64,000 nucleotides of DNA from Candidatus Bathyarchaeum tardum (lineage in GTDB: Archaea; Thermoproteota; Bathyarchaeia; Bathyarchaeales; Bathyarchaeaceae). The notes under the pieces were generated by a model. That model had not been told where the DNA came from. It saw nothing but the letters and a program-made list of their open reading frames with translations, and searched no databases. A program made the position numbers and the translations under genes. The stretch spans positions 896,001-960,000 of the forward strand of contig CP122380.1 of the NCBI GenBank assembly GCA_024650005.2, in the 5' to 3' direction. Every line of letters starts with the position of its first letter. Position 1 is the first letter of the stretch. Positions 52,945 through 61,868 of the stretch are shown in pieces.

Positions 52945-54015
52945 ATGAGCGAAAACCTACCCGAAATGCCCTACTTGCGAAATATAGGACTAATTGTCAC
53001 TTACAAATGCCAAGTAGCCTGTCCTCACTGCATCATAGAAGCCGGACCAAAAAGAAAAGAAGCCCTTCAACCCGAAACTGCACAAAACTGGATAGAACAA
53101 ATAGCAAACTACCGAAATGGATACATCAAAGTCCTTTCCCTTACTGGCGGAGAACCTTTTTACAACATCTGCAATCTACAACAAATTTCTTCTATGGGCG
53201 AAGAAAACGGATTACTTGTCTCGGCAGTAACCAACGCATTCTGGGCGATAACACCAAAAAAAGCTATAGACATTTTACAAAACCTTCCAGCCATCAAAAT
53301 GCTCGCCATAAGTGCAGACGCTTACCACCAAAAAGAAATCCCCTTCGAGCGGGTACAAAACGCAGTTCACGCTGCCAAAAAACTGGACATTCCTTTTCAA
53401 ATTGCAGTATGCACAGAAAACCACGACGACCCTGAATACAAAAAAATTGTCCAAAAACTAGAAGAAATAACCGATTCAGAAAAAATCAAAACTGCAATAA
53501 CCTTCCCCGTTGGCAGGGCACAAAAACTAAATAAAAACAATTACAGCACAAGCAAGGTTCCCCCTGTTTCTGCATGTTCTGCGGGTAGTTCACCAATAAT
53601 TTTTCCTAACGGAAACATAATTGGTTGTATCGGACCTGTAATCAACATAAAAACTCATCACCCCTTGCTACTGGGTAACCTAAACAAAAAACCCCTGGAA
53701 GAAATTTTAAACCTTTCAGAAAAAAACCCAATTTATCACGCAATTAGAATCTGGGGTCCACAAAAACTAATTTCAATGGCAGACGAAGCAGGTTTGAGTA
53801 AACATCTTCCAACAGAATACGTTGAAAACAGCATTTGTCACGCTTGCTATAATCTGTTGTCCAATGACAAAATTAGAAGTTTTCTTGGAACACTTGCTAA
53901 TGATTTTGTATTTCAACGAAAAGTTGCTTACGCTCGGCTTTATTACCTGCGGGAAAATCAAATGTTTGACCGAATGAAGCCAGAGCTTCTACGACATGAG
54001 TTGTTACGGGCTTAA
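52945..54015 (+). CDS. radical SAM protein, YydG/EpeE-like
   Basis: CQVACPHC, LTGGEPF, TNAFWA, ISADAYH, FPVGRA, PNGNIIGC, SICHACY. Confidence 0.85.
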   Translation: MSENLPEMPYLRNIGLIVTYKCQVACPHCIIEAGPKRKEALQPETAQNWIEQIANYRNGYIKVLSLTGGEPFYNICNLQQISSMGEENGLLVSAVTNAFWAITPKKAIDILQNLPAIKMLAISADAYHQKEIPFERVQNAVHAAKKLDIPFQIAVCTENHDDPEYKKIVQKLEEITDSEKIKTAITFPVGRAQKLNKNNYSTSKVPPVSACSAGSSPIIFPNGNIIGCIGPVINIKTHHPLLLGNLNKKPLEEILNLSEKNPIYHAIRIWGPQKLISMADEAGLSKHLPTEYVENSICHACYNLLSNDKIRSFLGTLANDFVFQRKVAYARLYYLRENQMFDRMKPELLRHELLRA

Positions 54016-54118
54016 CAAAAAACCTAAGCCCTTCCCTTAATTTTTTTGCCTAAAGAATTGGCTTTGACTGCATCAAACTGCAGTATAGTTATATTGACTC
54101 TACCTGAATTGCAGATTT

Positions 54119-55096
54119 TTAACTGAAGTTCCCTTGAGCTTTCATTAATTGGAGCCATTGAATCATGGTTTCAATTGCTATTATGCGTTTTTCTGTGTCG
54201 GTTGAATACACGTTTGTTGCGCCTTTATGCAAAATGTTGTTTCTAACAGTTAAGGCGCCTTTGCAGTCTTTTATGGTTTCAGCATCTAATTCATCAGTGC
54301 CGTTTGATATCATTTTTAATGCAGCATCAATGTCTCCAGTTGACCCGATGGTTTTGATCATTCTCTTTAAGTCGTTGTTGCGGACTTTTGATTTCTTGCC
54401 TTGTTCTAGGATGCTCTGATATAAAGTAACTTCTAATGCAGTTACTGCTTCAATGGTTGCACGGATGAAATCTCCTTTTGAGCAGGAATCTTTTGAATCC
54501 AACAGGAAACTTTTACTCAAATCAAATTTATGATCAGCAGCGAGGGCATCTTTTATTTCTGCTTTAACTTTTTGTTCATCAGCATTGGAGTTTTCTGAAA
54601 CAGTTTCTATTTTTTTCTTGGATTCAAAATTCGGGATCTTTACAGAATATTTTTTTCCACCATCTAGAAAATAAGCTTCAAGGGCTAGGATATCATTGTA
54701 TCTTATTGGGTTTACCCAGTACTCGGAGGTTATGTGCTTTGTTGTTTCAATAAATCGGTTAACAATTCTAACCACCATTTCTGTAGCCTTTAACCGCTTC
54801 ATATCTGGTGCAATCAGAACTGAGCCTCGCCCTTCGTCAATTATGCTCAATTTTTTGGGAATCAACACTTTCAGGGTGCTATAACCCGAAACACCATATT
54901 TGTCAAATTTTAGCTGGCTGGTTGATTGTTCTTTATCTGCTTTCGAACTTGTTCTTGGTTTTCGTTTTATCGAAATTTTTCCCGAATCTGACCCAATTCT
55001 AATTGGATAGACATCATCAGGAACTGGAATTGCGAATGGTAAATCAAATTTGAATAGTGTTTTTGTATCCTTCGAAAGCTCTACTTTCATATTCAT
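54119..55096 (-). CDS. HEPN-domain protein (putative RNase)
   Basis: C-terminal helical domain with AVTALE and the RxxxxH motif RNNILH. Confidence 0.65.
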   Translation of the reverse strand: MNMKVELSKDTKTLFKFDLPFAIPVPDDVYPIRIGSDSGKISIKRKPRTSSKADKEQSTSQLKFDKYGVSGYSTLKVLIPKKLSIIDEGRGSVLIAPDMKRLKATEMVVRIVNRFIETTKHITSEYWVNPIRYNDILALEAYFLDGGKKYSVKIPNFESKKKIETVSENSNADEQKVKAEIKDALAADHKFDLSKSFLLDSKDSCSKGDFIRATIEAVTALEVTLYQSILEQGKKSKVRNNDLKRMIKTIGSTGDIDAALKMISNGTDELDAETIKDCKGALTVRNNILHKGATNVYSTDTEKRIIAIETMIQWLQLMKAQGNFS

Positions 55097-55468
55097 TCTT
55101 TCCCTTTCGTGAGAATGAGTAAAGTTCTAAAAAAAGGTTATTCTCGCTTAAATTAAAGGCACGATAAACCAATTATCAAATAATGAATATTTTAATTAAT
55201 AATCAATCTAAATTAATTACAAAAAATTCAACATACATGTTTTTTAACATTGATAAAAACAGCATTCCTAACTGTTATCATTGGCCATTTTTTTTAATAA
55301 TAACAATCTAGACTGCTCTAGAGAAAAAAATCATTTTTATCCGTAATCCAAATCCATGTCAGTGGTTCTGTGCAGTTTTCTGTTTGAGTGTTTCGTATTT
55401 TTTGTATTAATAATTCCTTTGGTATCCTTGTTTGGTTTGTTGTGTCGGAAGTTTTAATATAAAATTAA

Positions 55469-55972
55469 ATGTTTTTCTTAAGTGGTGGGAACATGAAAAA
55501 AATAACTGCACTAAAATGTGGGCTGCTTGTTTCTTTAATAATTACTGTAAGCCTTGCTTCTGTAATGTACGCTTTCGCCTACAACGTGAAACGAGAAGTC
55601 ATCTACACTGACACCTTTCAACTAGGGGAACAGACGCAAACCTTCAGAGCCTTTTACCTGCCTGCGCCTGCAGTAATGTTTGAAGTAAAACTAACTGTTT
55701 CCCAAGGATCCATAAAATGGAGCCCATTCTCTGATGTGCTATTTGACGTTACTTTTGACTCCTTTGATTCTCTAGTAAACCAATCAACATATGGAACCCT
55801 TCAAGGATGGGAATGTGAAACCCACAATGGAAGTGTTAACTGGAGAATCGACTCTGAACACCTCAACCAAATCTGGTACCTGTGTTTCCTTAATGATGAC
55901 GCCTACGAAAAAGAAGTAACAGTCACAGTCACTAAAGTCTGGTCCGAACAAAACTATCTTGACTGGCTCTAA
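55469..55972 (+). CDS. secreted/membrane-anchored beta-sandwich protein
   Basis: Signal-like N-terminus from ATG 55493; WYLCFLN..KEVTVTV. Confidence 0.65.
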   Translation: MFFLSGGNMKKITALKCGLLVSLIITVSLASVMYAFAYNVKREVIYTDTFQLGEQTQTFRAFYLPAPAVMFEVKLTVSQGSIKWSPFSDVLFDVTFDSFDSLVNQSTYGTLQGWECETHNGSVNWRIDSEHLNQIWYLCFLNDDAYEKEVTVTVTKVWSEQNYLDWL

Positions 55973-55991
55973 CCATCTAAAACAATTATTT

Positions 55992-56528
55992 CTATTTTGG
56001 TGTATCAATTTGATTTAGGTAATCTGTTTGTACCTGAACCACTTCTGCGCTATCTTTTGCTTCTGAATAACCGTCCAAGAGTTCCTTATTCAATGCAATG
56101 AATTGCAATCCCCAGTTGAACTTGGACAATAATTCGGTTGCTTGGTCACGAAAACCTGAAATATACAAAGCTGCAGCTAAAGCTTCAACCGTGCTAAGTT
56201 TAGTAGGCTTGCCATAATTTACCGGATTTGATGCAACCAAATAAGGCAAACAACGAGGAACCAAATGTAACTGCATATCAAAAACCTCTTTTGCATGTAC
56301 CCAACTACAATCCAATGCCGACAAACCTTTTTTTTCTAGGCTTTGCCGATCAGCAGGAGAGAAAGCTTTGGGTGTAAAGGGGTCCAGAATTACTGCCCCT
56401 CGGGGGAGTTCTTTAGCTCGGTGAACAAGGCGCACTAAATTATGGCGCTTTAGTTTCAACGAGCTACATTTTCTAGGGTCACATTGTTTTGCGTGATAAA
56501 CCGTAACTTTTACTGGTCTAACGCTGAT
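55992..56528 (-). CDS. tsr3: rRNA aminocarboxypropyltransferase Tsr3 (DUF367)
   Basis: QCDPRKCSSLKL (upstream of the track start), SPAD, LDCSW, LVASNPVNYGKP.KLSTVEA, FNWG; start codon uncertain. Confidence 0.9.
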   Translation of the reverse strand: MSVRPVKVTVYHAKQCDPRKCSSLKLKRHNLVRLVHRAKELPRGAVILDPFTPKAFSPADRQSLEKKGLSALDCSWVHAKEVFDMQLHLVPRCLPYLVASNPVNYGKPTKLSTVEALAAALYISGFRDQATELLSKFNWGLQFIALNKELLDGYSEAKDSAEVVQVQTDYLNQIDTPK

Positions 56529-58047
56529 TCATCCGCACCTCCAGATGGGACATGGGGTCATCAATTACATGGGGAATCCAATCCAGAAGATCCGTTGGCA
56601 ACATGTGAAATCCTTTTTCCATCGCAACAAAATCTCCTGAAGCACCATTAACAAACGCCCCAGCAACCGAAGCACAGAACGGGTCAACTCCCATTGCAAG
56701 TAAACCTCCAGCAACACCTGACAAAACATCACCAGTTCCACCAACAGTCATTCCCTGGTTGCCCGTAAAATTCAGCTTAACGTTTTTTCCATCAGAAATC
56801 ACATCAACTGGTCCCTTCAACAGTATGGTTGCCCCAAGTTCTTTCGCTGAATTATTTACATGTTTTATTTTCTCTTCTAAAGCGATGGGTAAACTAGTTC
56901 CCATTAGAATTTCATATTCTTTGGCATGCGGCGTTAACACCGATGGACAATCTAGTTTTCGTTTGAAATCTGCAAATGCTTTAAGCCCATCAGCATCCAA
57001 AAGCAAAGAAACCCCAGTTTTTTCTACATGTTTAATAATTTCTTTAACCGCTTCTTTGGTTTCATCATGCACCCCCAAACCAGGACCCAAAACAACTGCG
57101 GTAGCTGAATCTACCTGTTCTTTAATGGCATCTACATTGTTGGTGTTCAGGTGTTTTCCTTTAAGTTTTATAGTAATCAAAGCAGGTGACATTCCTGCAA
57201 TGGTAGTAGCTGTTTTTTCTGGAGCTGCAATTGTTGCTATATCAACTCCTGTGCGCAAACCAGCCAGTGCTGCGAGGGCAGGTGCACCTGAAAACGTGTT
57301 ACTTCCTCCAATTACTAATAGCCTGCCAAATTCCCCTTTATGTGCTTGGGGCAAACGTGGCTTAACTGCAAAAGTTACATCCCCTGGTCCTGCAAACTTT
57401 TCAAGCTCTTCAGGCACCCCTATGTTTTTTACAATAATTTCTCCAGTGAATTCTTTGGCATTTTTCAGTCCGGGTTTTGCTTTATAAAATGTAACTGTAA
57501 TGTCAGCTTTTATTGCACTGCCTAAAATTTCTCCACTGTCAGAGTTTAAACCCGTTGGGGCATCTACTGCAACACAAAAGGCTTCCATCGTGTTAATTTT
57601 TTCTACTAGCTGCAAAATGGGTGGGCGTAATTTTCCCTCTGACCCGATTCCTAACATTGCATCAACAACAACATCTGCTTTCACGTCGGGAATAAGCGTA
57701 GAATCTTTAACTTCCGTGATTGTGATAAGATTTCTAAGAGGCTGCAGGGCATTCCAGTTATGTTTGGCTGATTCATGAACAATATTTGAGGCGCGGGTAG
57801 CAACAACGATTTCAATATTGAATCCTAAACAAGCTAAATAACGGGCTGCAACAAAACCATCACCCCCGTTTCCGCCGGAGCCACAAAATATTGCAACTTT
57901 AGTTTTTTTTGGTGTAAATCGTGAAGCTATCTCGTCTGCAACGTTTTTTCCTGCTATTTCCATGAGTTGCAAAAGAGAAATGCCGTAGTATTCGGCGTTG
58001 GTTTCTATTGCCCGCATTTCTGAACTAGTTACTGTTTCTGTTACCAC
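56518..58047 (-). CDS. nnr: bifunctional NAD(P)H-hydrate epimerase/dehydratase
   Basis: LMEIAG, GSGGNGGDG, DAPTG, HKGEFGR, GPGLG, DADGL, TPHAKE, GGTGDVLSG. Confidence 0.95.
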   Translation of the reverse strand: MVTETVTSSEMRAIETNAEYYGISLLQLMEIAGKNVADEIASRFTPKKTKVAIFCGSGGNGGDGFVAARYLACLGFNIEIVVATRASNIVHESAKHNWNALQPLRNLITITEVKDSTLIPDVKADVVVDAMLGIGSEGKLRPPILQLVEKINTMEAFCVAVDAPTGLNSDSGEILGSAIKADITVTFYKAKPGLKNAKEFTGEIIVKNIGVPEELEKFAGPGDVTFAVKPRLPQAHKGEFGRLLVIGGSNTFSGAPALAALAGLRTGVDIATIAAPEKTATTIAGMSPALITIKLKGKHLNTNNVDAIKEQVDSATAVVLGPGLGVHDETKEAVKEIIKHVEKTGVSLLLDADGLKAFADFKRKLDCPSVLTPHAKEYEILMGTSLPIALEEKIKHVNNSAKELGATILLKGPVDVISDGKNVKLNFTGNQGMTVGGTGDVLSGVAGGLLAMGVDPFCASVAGAFVNGASGDFVAMEKGFHMLPTDLLDWIPHVIDDPMSHLEVRMNQR

Positions 58048-58129
58048 AATAAACCCTACCTACACCATAGTTATGCCTTGGGTTTTATGGCTATTTCTCT
58101 TCTGGAACCCAAAAAGAAGAAAAAAATTG

Positions 58130-59917
58130 TTATTTTTGCATGTCTTGACAATCCAGCCAACTGAATTTCTTGTGCAAAGACTTTGCATAGTACTGCTTCC
58201 AGTCATACTGCACCTTTTTACCCCATTCGTAATAGACTCGTGGATCGATATAGCTTTTCAGAGAAGTTGAAACATTGTAGTCTTTTGTTTCTTTCTGAAC
58301 GGTAATCTTAAGTTCCATCTTTTCTAATGCCCTAGCGTCTCGCTCTTTACGCTTCTCTAAACTTTCTTTTAGAGTTTCTATCCGATCTGCTTGTTTGGCT
58401 TTCATGTCTTTGATGCGCTGCTTCTGGCGCGTTACTAATTCCTGTTGGCGCTTTACTCGTTTATTTAGGGTTGTAACGTCTTTGTTTTGTTTTTTGTTTT
58501 TTTCCAATTGAAGTTTGTACTGCTCCAACTTTGCTTCAGCCGCCATCAAACGTTCTGTTTGTGTAACCATGCGCTCTTCATGCTTTGTTTCTGCGTCTTT
58601 GATCCGCTCTTTAATCTTATTCTGAGCAACTTTGGCCCGATTCTTCAAAACAACAATGCGGTCTTTCTTCTTTTGTAAGGATGACTTCCAACTGCTAGAA
58701 ATCGTCCGTTTGTGATTGCACACCTTTGCAGCTTCAAGATTTGCCATTGTTGCAACATATTTTTTGATGTATTCGGGCTGATCAGGTTCAACTGGAGTTT
58801 TATCTAACTTATTCTTCACTGCATCCGTAGCATACAAAGTACGGAAAACCTTCGCAGAAAGACCTGTCATTACTTCATCTAAGAATTCGCTTACTTGACT
58901 GGAACCTACCCCTTCAAATAGGGCTGCATCAGTGTTTGCTGAAAACTCTTCAAGATTCTTAATCACTAATTCAGGAAGCTTTGTAGTGAAAATGTGAGGA
59001 ACGCTGTCTTTTCCCAAAAAGTTGAAGGAAACTGTGCCATCGCCATTGATTTTGATGTGCTCTTTTCGAAGAGTAGACGCACCAACAGTATCTGCTTCGT
59101 CGGGGTCTTTTTCGTCCCCAACCCTAATTTTTAGTTTATCAATAAGAAAACAAACAGTTGCAGTTTTTCTCCTCTTCACATCTTCTGAAGCAAGATTACT
59201 TTCAATGTGTTTTTTGACTTTTGAAAGATTCTTTTTAAACGCAACAGCTTTGTCAAATTTTTCTATCTCTTTTTGCTGTTTAAAACTGCACGAATCAGAA
59301 AACCATACATACTTCATTTTGCCACTGAGTTTGTCTTGCCAACGGGCAATCCAGATGGCTTCAGGTTCCCACACAATTTCGTTCCAGTTGCCTTCGGGTC
59401 TTGGGGCATCTGGCGACAAATTCAATATAACGTCCTCTTTCACTGGTCCTTGTTTCCATTTTCCCCTCATTGGATGGTTTCCTCGACCCATGAAAATTGA
59501 ACTGGGCTCTGCAACATAATTGGCTAGCTCCATTTTTTCGCCGTCAACGTAGGCGAAACCATATTTTTCTTTGTTTTCTTCTCGGAGAATTTTTCGGTCA
59601 GCTGCCAAACGTTTCTTTTCTTCTTTTGGAAGATTTTTTTTGTATTCTCGTTCTTCTTGAACAAGGGCAACTATGGCCGAAAAATCTACATCTCCTGGTT
59701 TGACTTTGATTCCCAGTTTTTCTGAAAAATCTTCGTGAAAATTCTTCGCAAAGATCTTATCCTCAACGTAGGGGGTTCCAACTTTTTTTGCCCATGCTAC
59801 TGCTAACTCTTCTTGTTCTGTTGTTAGCTTGACTTCTTTATCGTATATTTTTACTGTTAGACCTTTTCCTTGGTAAGGTTCTGGAATTAGTACGCCATTG
59901 TGATGAAGTGTTTCCAT
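58130..59917 (-). CDS. DNA topoisomerase IB, eukaryote-like
   Basis: GRGNHPMRG, IRVGDEKD..ADTVG, FLGKDS, SAKVFRT, CNHKR, coiled-coil linker, TSLKSYIDPR (catalytic Tyr). Confidence 0.95.
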   Translation of the reverse strand: METLHHNGVLIPEPYQGKGLTVKIYDKEVKLTTEQEELAVAWAKKVGTPYVEDKIFAKNFHEDFSEKLGIKVKPGDVDFSAIVALVQEEREYKKNLPKEEKKRLAADRKILREENKEKYGFAYVDGEKMELANYVAEPSSIFMGRGNHPMRGKWKQGPVKEDVILNLSPDAPRPEGNWNEIVWEPEAIWIARWQDKLSGKMKYVWFSDSCSFKQQKEIEKFDKAVAFKKNLSKVKKHIESNLASEDVKRRKTATVCFLIDKLKIRVGDEKDPDEADTVGASTLRKEHIKINGDGTVSFNFLGKDSVPHIFTTKLPELVIKNLEEFSANTDAALFEGVGSSQVSEFLDEVMTGLSAKVFRTLYATDAVKNKLDKTPVEPDQPEYIKKYVATMANLEAAKVCNHKRTISSSWKSSLQKKKDRIVVLKNRAKVAQNKIKERIKDAETKHEERMVTQTERLMAAEAKLEQYKLQLEKNKKQNKDVTTLNKRVKRQQELVTRQKQRIKDMKAKQADRIETLKESLEKRKERDARALEKMELKITVQKETKDYNVSTSLKSYIDPRVYYEWGKKVQYDWKQYYAKSLHKKFSWLDCQDMQK

Positions 59918-60058
59918 CTGATTTTTCCGCCTGAATTGTTTCTTATACGTTCAAAAAACAAACTTTAAGTTTTTCGTTTTTAACTTTAAGCCTGTTTACT
60001 TTATAGCATAAAGATTTAATGCTTTATTTAGTGATACTGACTACTTAAGTGAAGAAAC

Positions 60059-60532
60059 ATGGATGAAATGGCACTTCAGAAGATACGAACTGTAGCAGAT
60101 TTCCAGTTTGGAAAAGGCACGGGTTCCACACTTTTTCCAGATGATGTACAAATTGACTATTCTAAAAACACTGGAAAAATCCGTTACGTTTACCTAAATG
60201 AAGAATTACTTGCTACCCTCAGACCTACTGTAGGCATGTTCGTTTTAGCTGTTGCTGGAGCCAAACGCATTGTATCCCATGTTAGTCCTTTGCGGCTCTG
60301 GGTTAAACTTGAAGATTTTGCTGAACCTTTTGTTGCTGACGGAAGAAGCGCCTTTGCAAAACACGTAATTGATGCTGACCCGGAAATCCGACCTAATGAG
60401 GAAGTTATTGTTATCAGCCAAAAAGGTGAAGTTTTGGCTGTTGGTCGGGCTGTTCTTTCTGGAACTGAAATGCTGGCTTTCAACAAAGGAATCGCTGTTA
60501 AAGTTAGGCATGGAACAGCGGAAAAAAGTTAA
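60059..60532 (+). CDS. PUA-domain protein (arcTGT C-terminal-like)
   Basis: ADFQFG, SKNTGKIR, GRSAFAKHV, IRPNEEVIV, AVKVRHG. Confidence 0.85.
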   Translation: MDEMALQKIRTVADFQFGKGTGSTLFPDDVQIDYSKNTGKIRYVYLNEELLATLRPTVGMFVLAVAGAKRIVSHVSPLRLWVKLEDFAEPFVADGRSAFAKHVIDADPEIRPNEEVIVISQKGEVLAVGRAVLSGTEMLAFNKGIAVKVRHGTAEKS

Positions 60533-60575
60533 GAAGGCACACTACGAGTATAAGATAGAAAAAGAGGGAACTAAA

Positions 60576-60932
60576 ATGCGCCGAAAAATGAACCCCCGAA
60601 ATGCAAAACGTATGATGCAAAAAATGGGTATGAATATGGGAGAAATGCCCGAAGTAGAAGAAGTAATTTTCAAAACCAGCACCAAAGAAATCGTCGTTGA
60701 AAACGCCCAAGTTGCTGTAATTGACATGGGTGGACAAAAAATCTTTCAAGTCACTGGGCAAGTTACCGAACGTGCCCTAGAAGGCGAAGCAGAAACAGTA
60801 GAAATTCCTGAAGAAGACGCTCAACTTGTCGCAGACCAAACCGGAAAAACTGTAGAAGACGCCAAACGAGCCCTTGAGCAAAGCGATGGAGACCTTGCTA
60901 AAGCCATACTGCTTTTACAAACGGGTGGATAA
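60576..60932 (+). CDS. nac: nascent polypeptide-associated complex protein
   Basis: MNPR..KRMMQKMG, EEVIF, FQVTG, UBA-like EDAQLVADQTG..GDLAKAIL. Confidence 0.93.
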   Translation: MRRKMNPRNAKRMMQKMGMNMGEMPEVEEVIFKTSTKEIVVENAQVAVIDMGGQKIFQVTGQVTERALEGEAETVEIPEEDAQLVADQTGKTVEDAKRALEQSDGDLAKAILLLQTGG

Positions 60933-61084
60933 CTCAGAAATTACATGATATTCCTTTTTCATTTTTCTAGATTCATTGTTTTTTCTTCAGTTGATAAAAT
61001 CAGCGCAATAGTTCACTTTTTGATATATGTAACAACAGGTAATAATGAATTTAATATGACTTAAGATACCCTCTTAATTGGATA

Positions 61085-61282
61085 GTGTGTGCTTTGCAGT
61101 TTAAACGCTCAAAAAAACAAGGTCAAAAAACAAAAAATCAGTTAAAACCACGAAATATTTCATCTGACTGTTCTCATTCTTACGGATATTTAGCGAACCG
61201 CCCTAAGAACACTAAAATCCCACAAGAATGTTTATTGTGTGTGAAAGTAACCGACTGCATATCCATTAATCTCAAAAACTAA
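61085..61282 (+). CDS. small Cys/His protein (possible zinc finger)
   Basis: CSHSYGYLANRPK..IPQECLLC...TDC. Confidence 0.55.
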   Translation: MCALQFKRSKKQGQKTKNQLKPRNISSDCSHSYGYLANRPKNTKIPQECLLCVKVTDCISINLKN

Positions 61283-61385
61283 CTGCAAAATCTTTTGAAT
61301 TCAATTTGCTCCGAATATCTTCATTCTTTTATGAAATTCTGCTCATAAACTATTCATGTTGCCCTGCTTCTTGTGTTAACAGGAT

Positions 61386-61868
61386 GTGACTTTGGTGTCT
61401 TTGAGTAATATCTGTTTAAAACCAGTGGGTTTTGTCCAAACAAATGCTACTGGCAAAGAAGTTAACGACAAACCTGTAATTTCAAAGATAGTATTTAATG
61501 AAGAATACGCCGAAGCTTTGGAGGGAATCGAAGATTTTTCTCATTTGAATGTGTTATTTTGGCTCCATGAAATATCTGAACAAGACCGAAAACAGCTCAA
61601 AGCCAGACCCTGTGGAAGAGACGATATGCCATTACTTGGACTATTTGCAACCTGCACACCTAGGCGACCTAACCCGATTGGTTTAACCCGAGTCAAACTG
61701 CTAGACGTAACTGGCAACGTAGTTACAGTTCAAGGATTAGATGCCTTCAACGGCACCCCCGTGCTAGACATAAAACCTTTTGATCACTGGAACAAAACAG
61801 CAGACTATAAAATTCCTGACTGGTGGAAAAAAATAATAAAAGAAAGAAAAAAGAAGAAAAACGTCTAA
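61386..61868 (+). CDS. trmO: TsaA/TrmO family SAM-binding methyltransferase
   Basis: GIEDFSH, GLFAT..PRRPNPIGL, GLDAFNGTPVLDIKP. Confidence 0.9.
   Translation: MTLVSLSNICLKPVGFVQTNATGKEVNDKPVISKIVFNEEYAEALEGIEDFSHLNVLFWLHEISEQDRKQLKARPCGRDDMPLLGLFATCTPRRPNPIGLTRVKLLDVTGNVVTVQGLDAFNGTPVLDIKPFDHWNKTADYKIPDWWKKIIKERKKKKNV

Noticed and set aside
56759-57487. 242-aa antisense ORF (and similar shadows at 18904, 20498, 50986, 59022)
   Set aside because: Shadows of well-supported genes on the opposite strand
60369-60575. N-terminal extension of NAC
   Set aside because: Overlaps the PUA gene out of frame; NAC homology starts at ATG 60576
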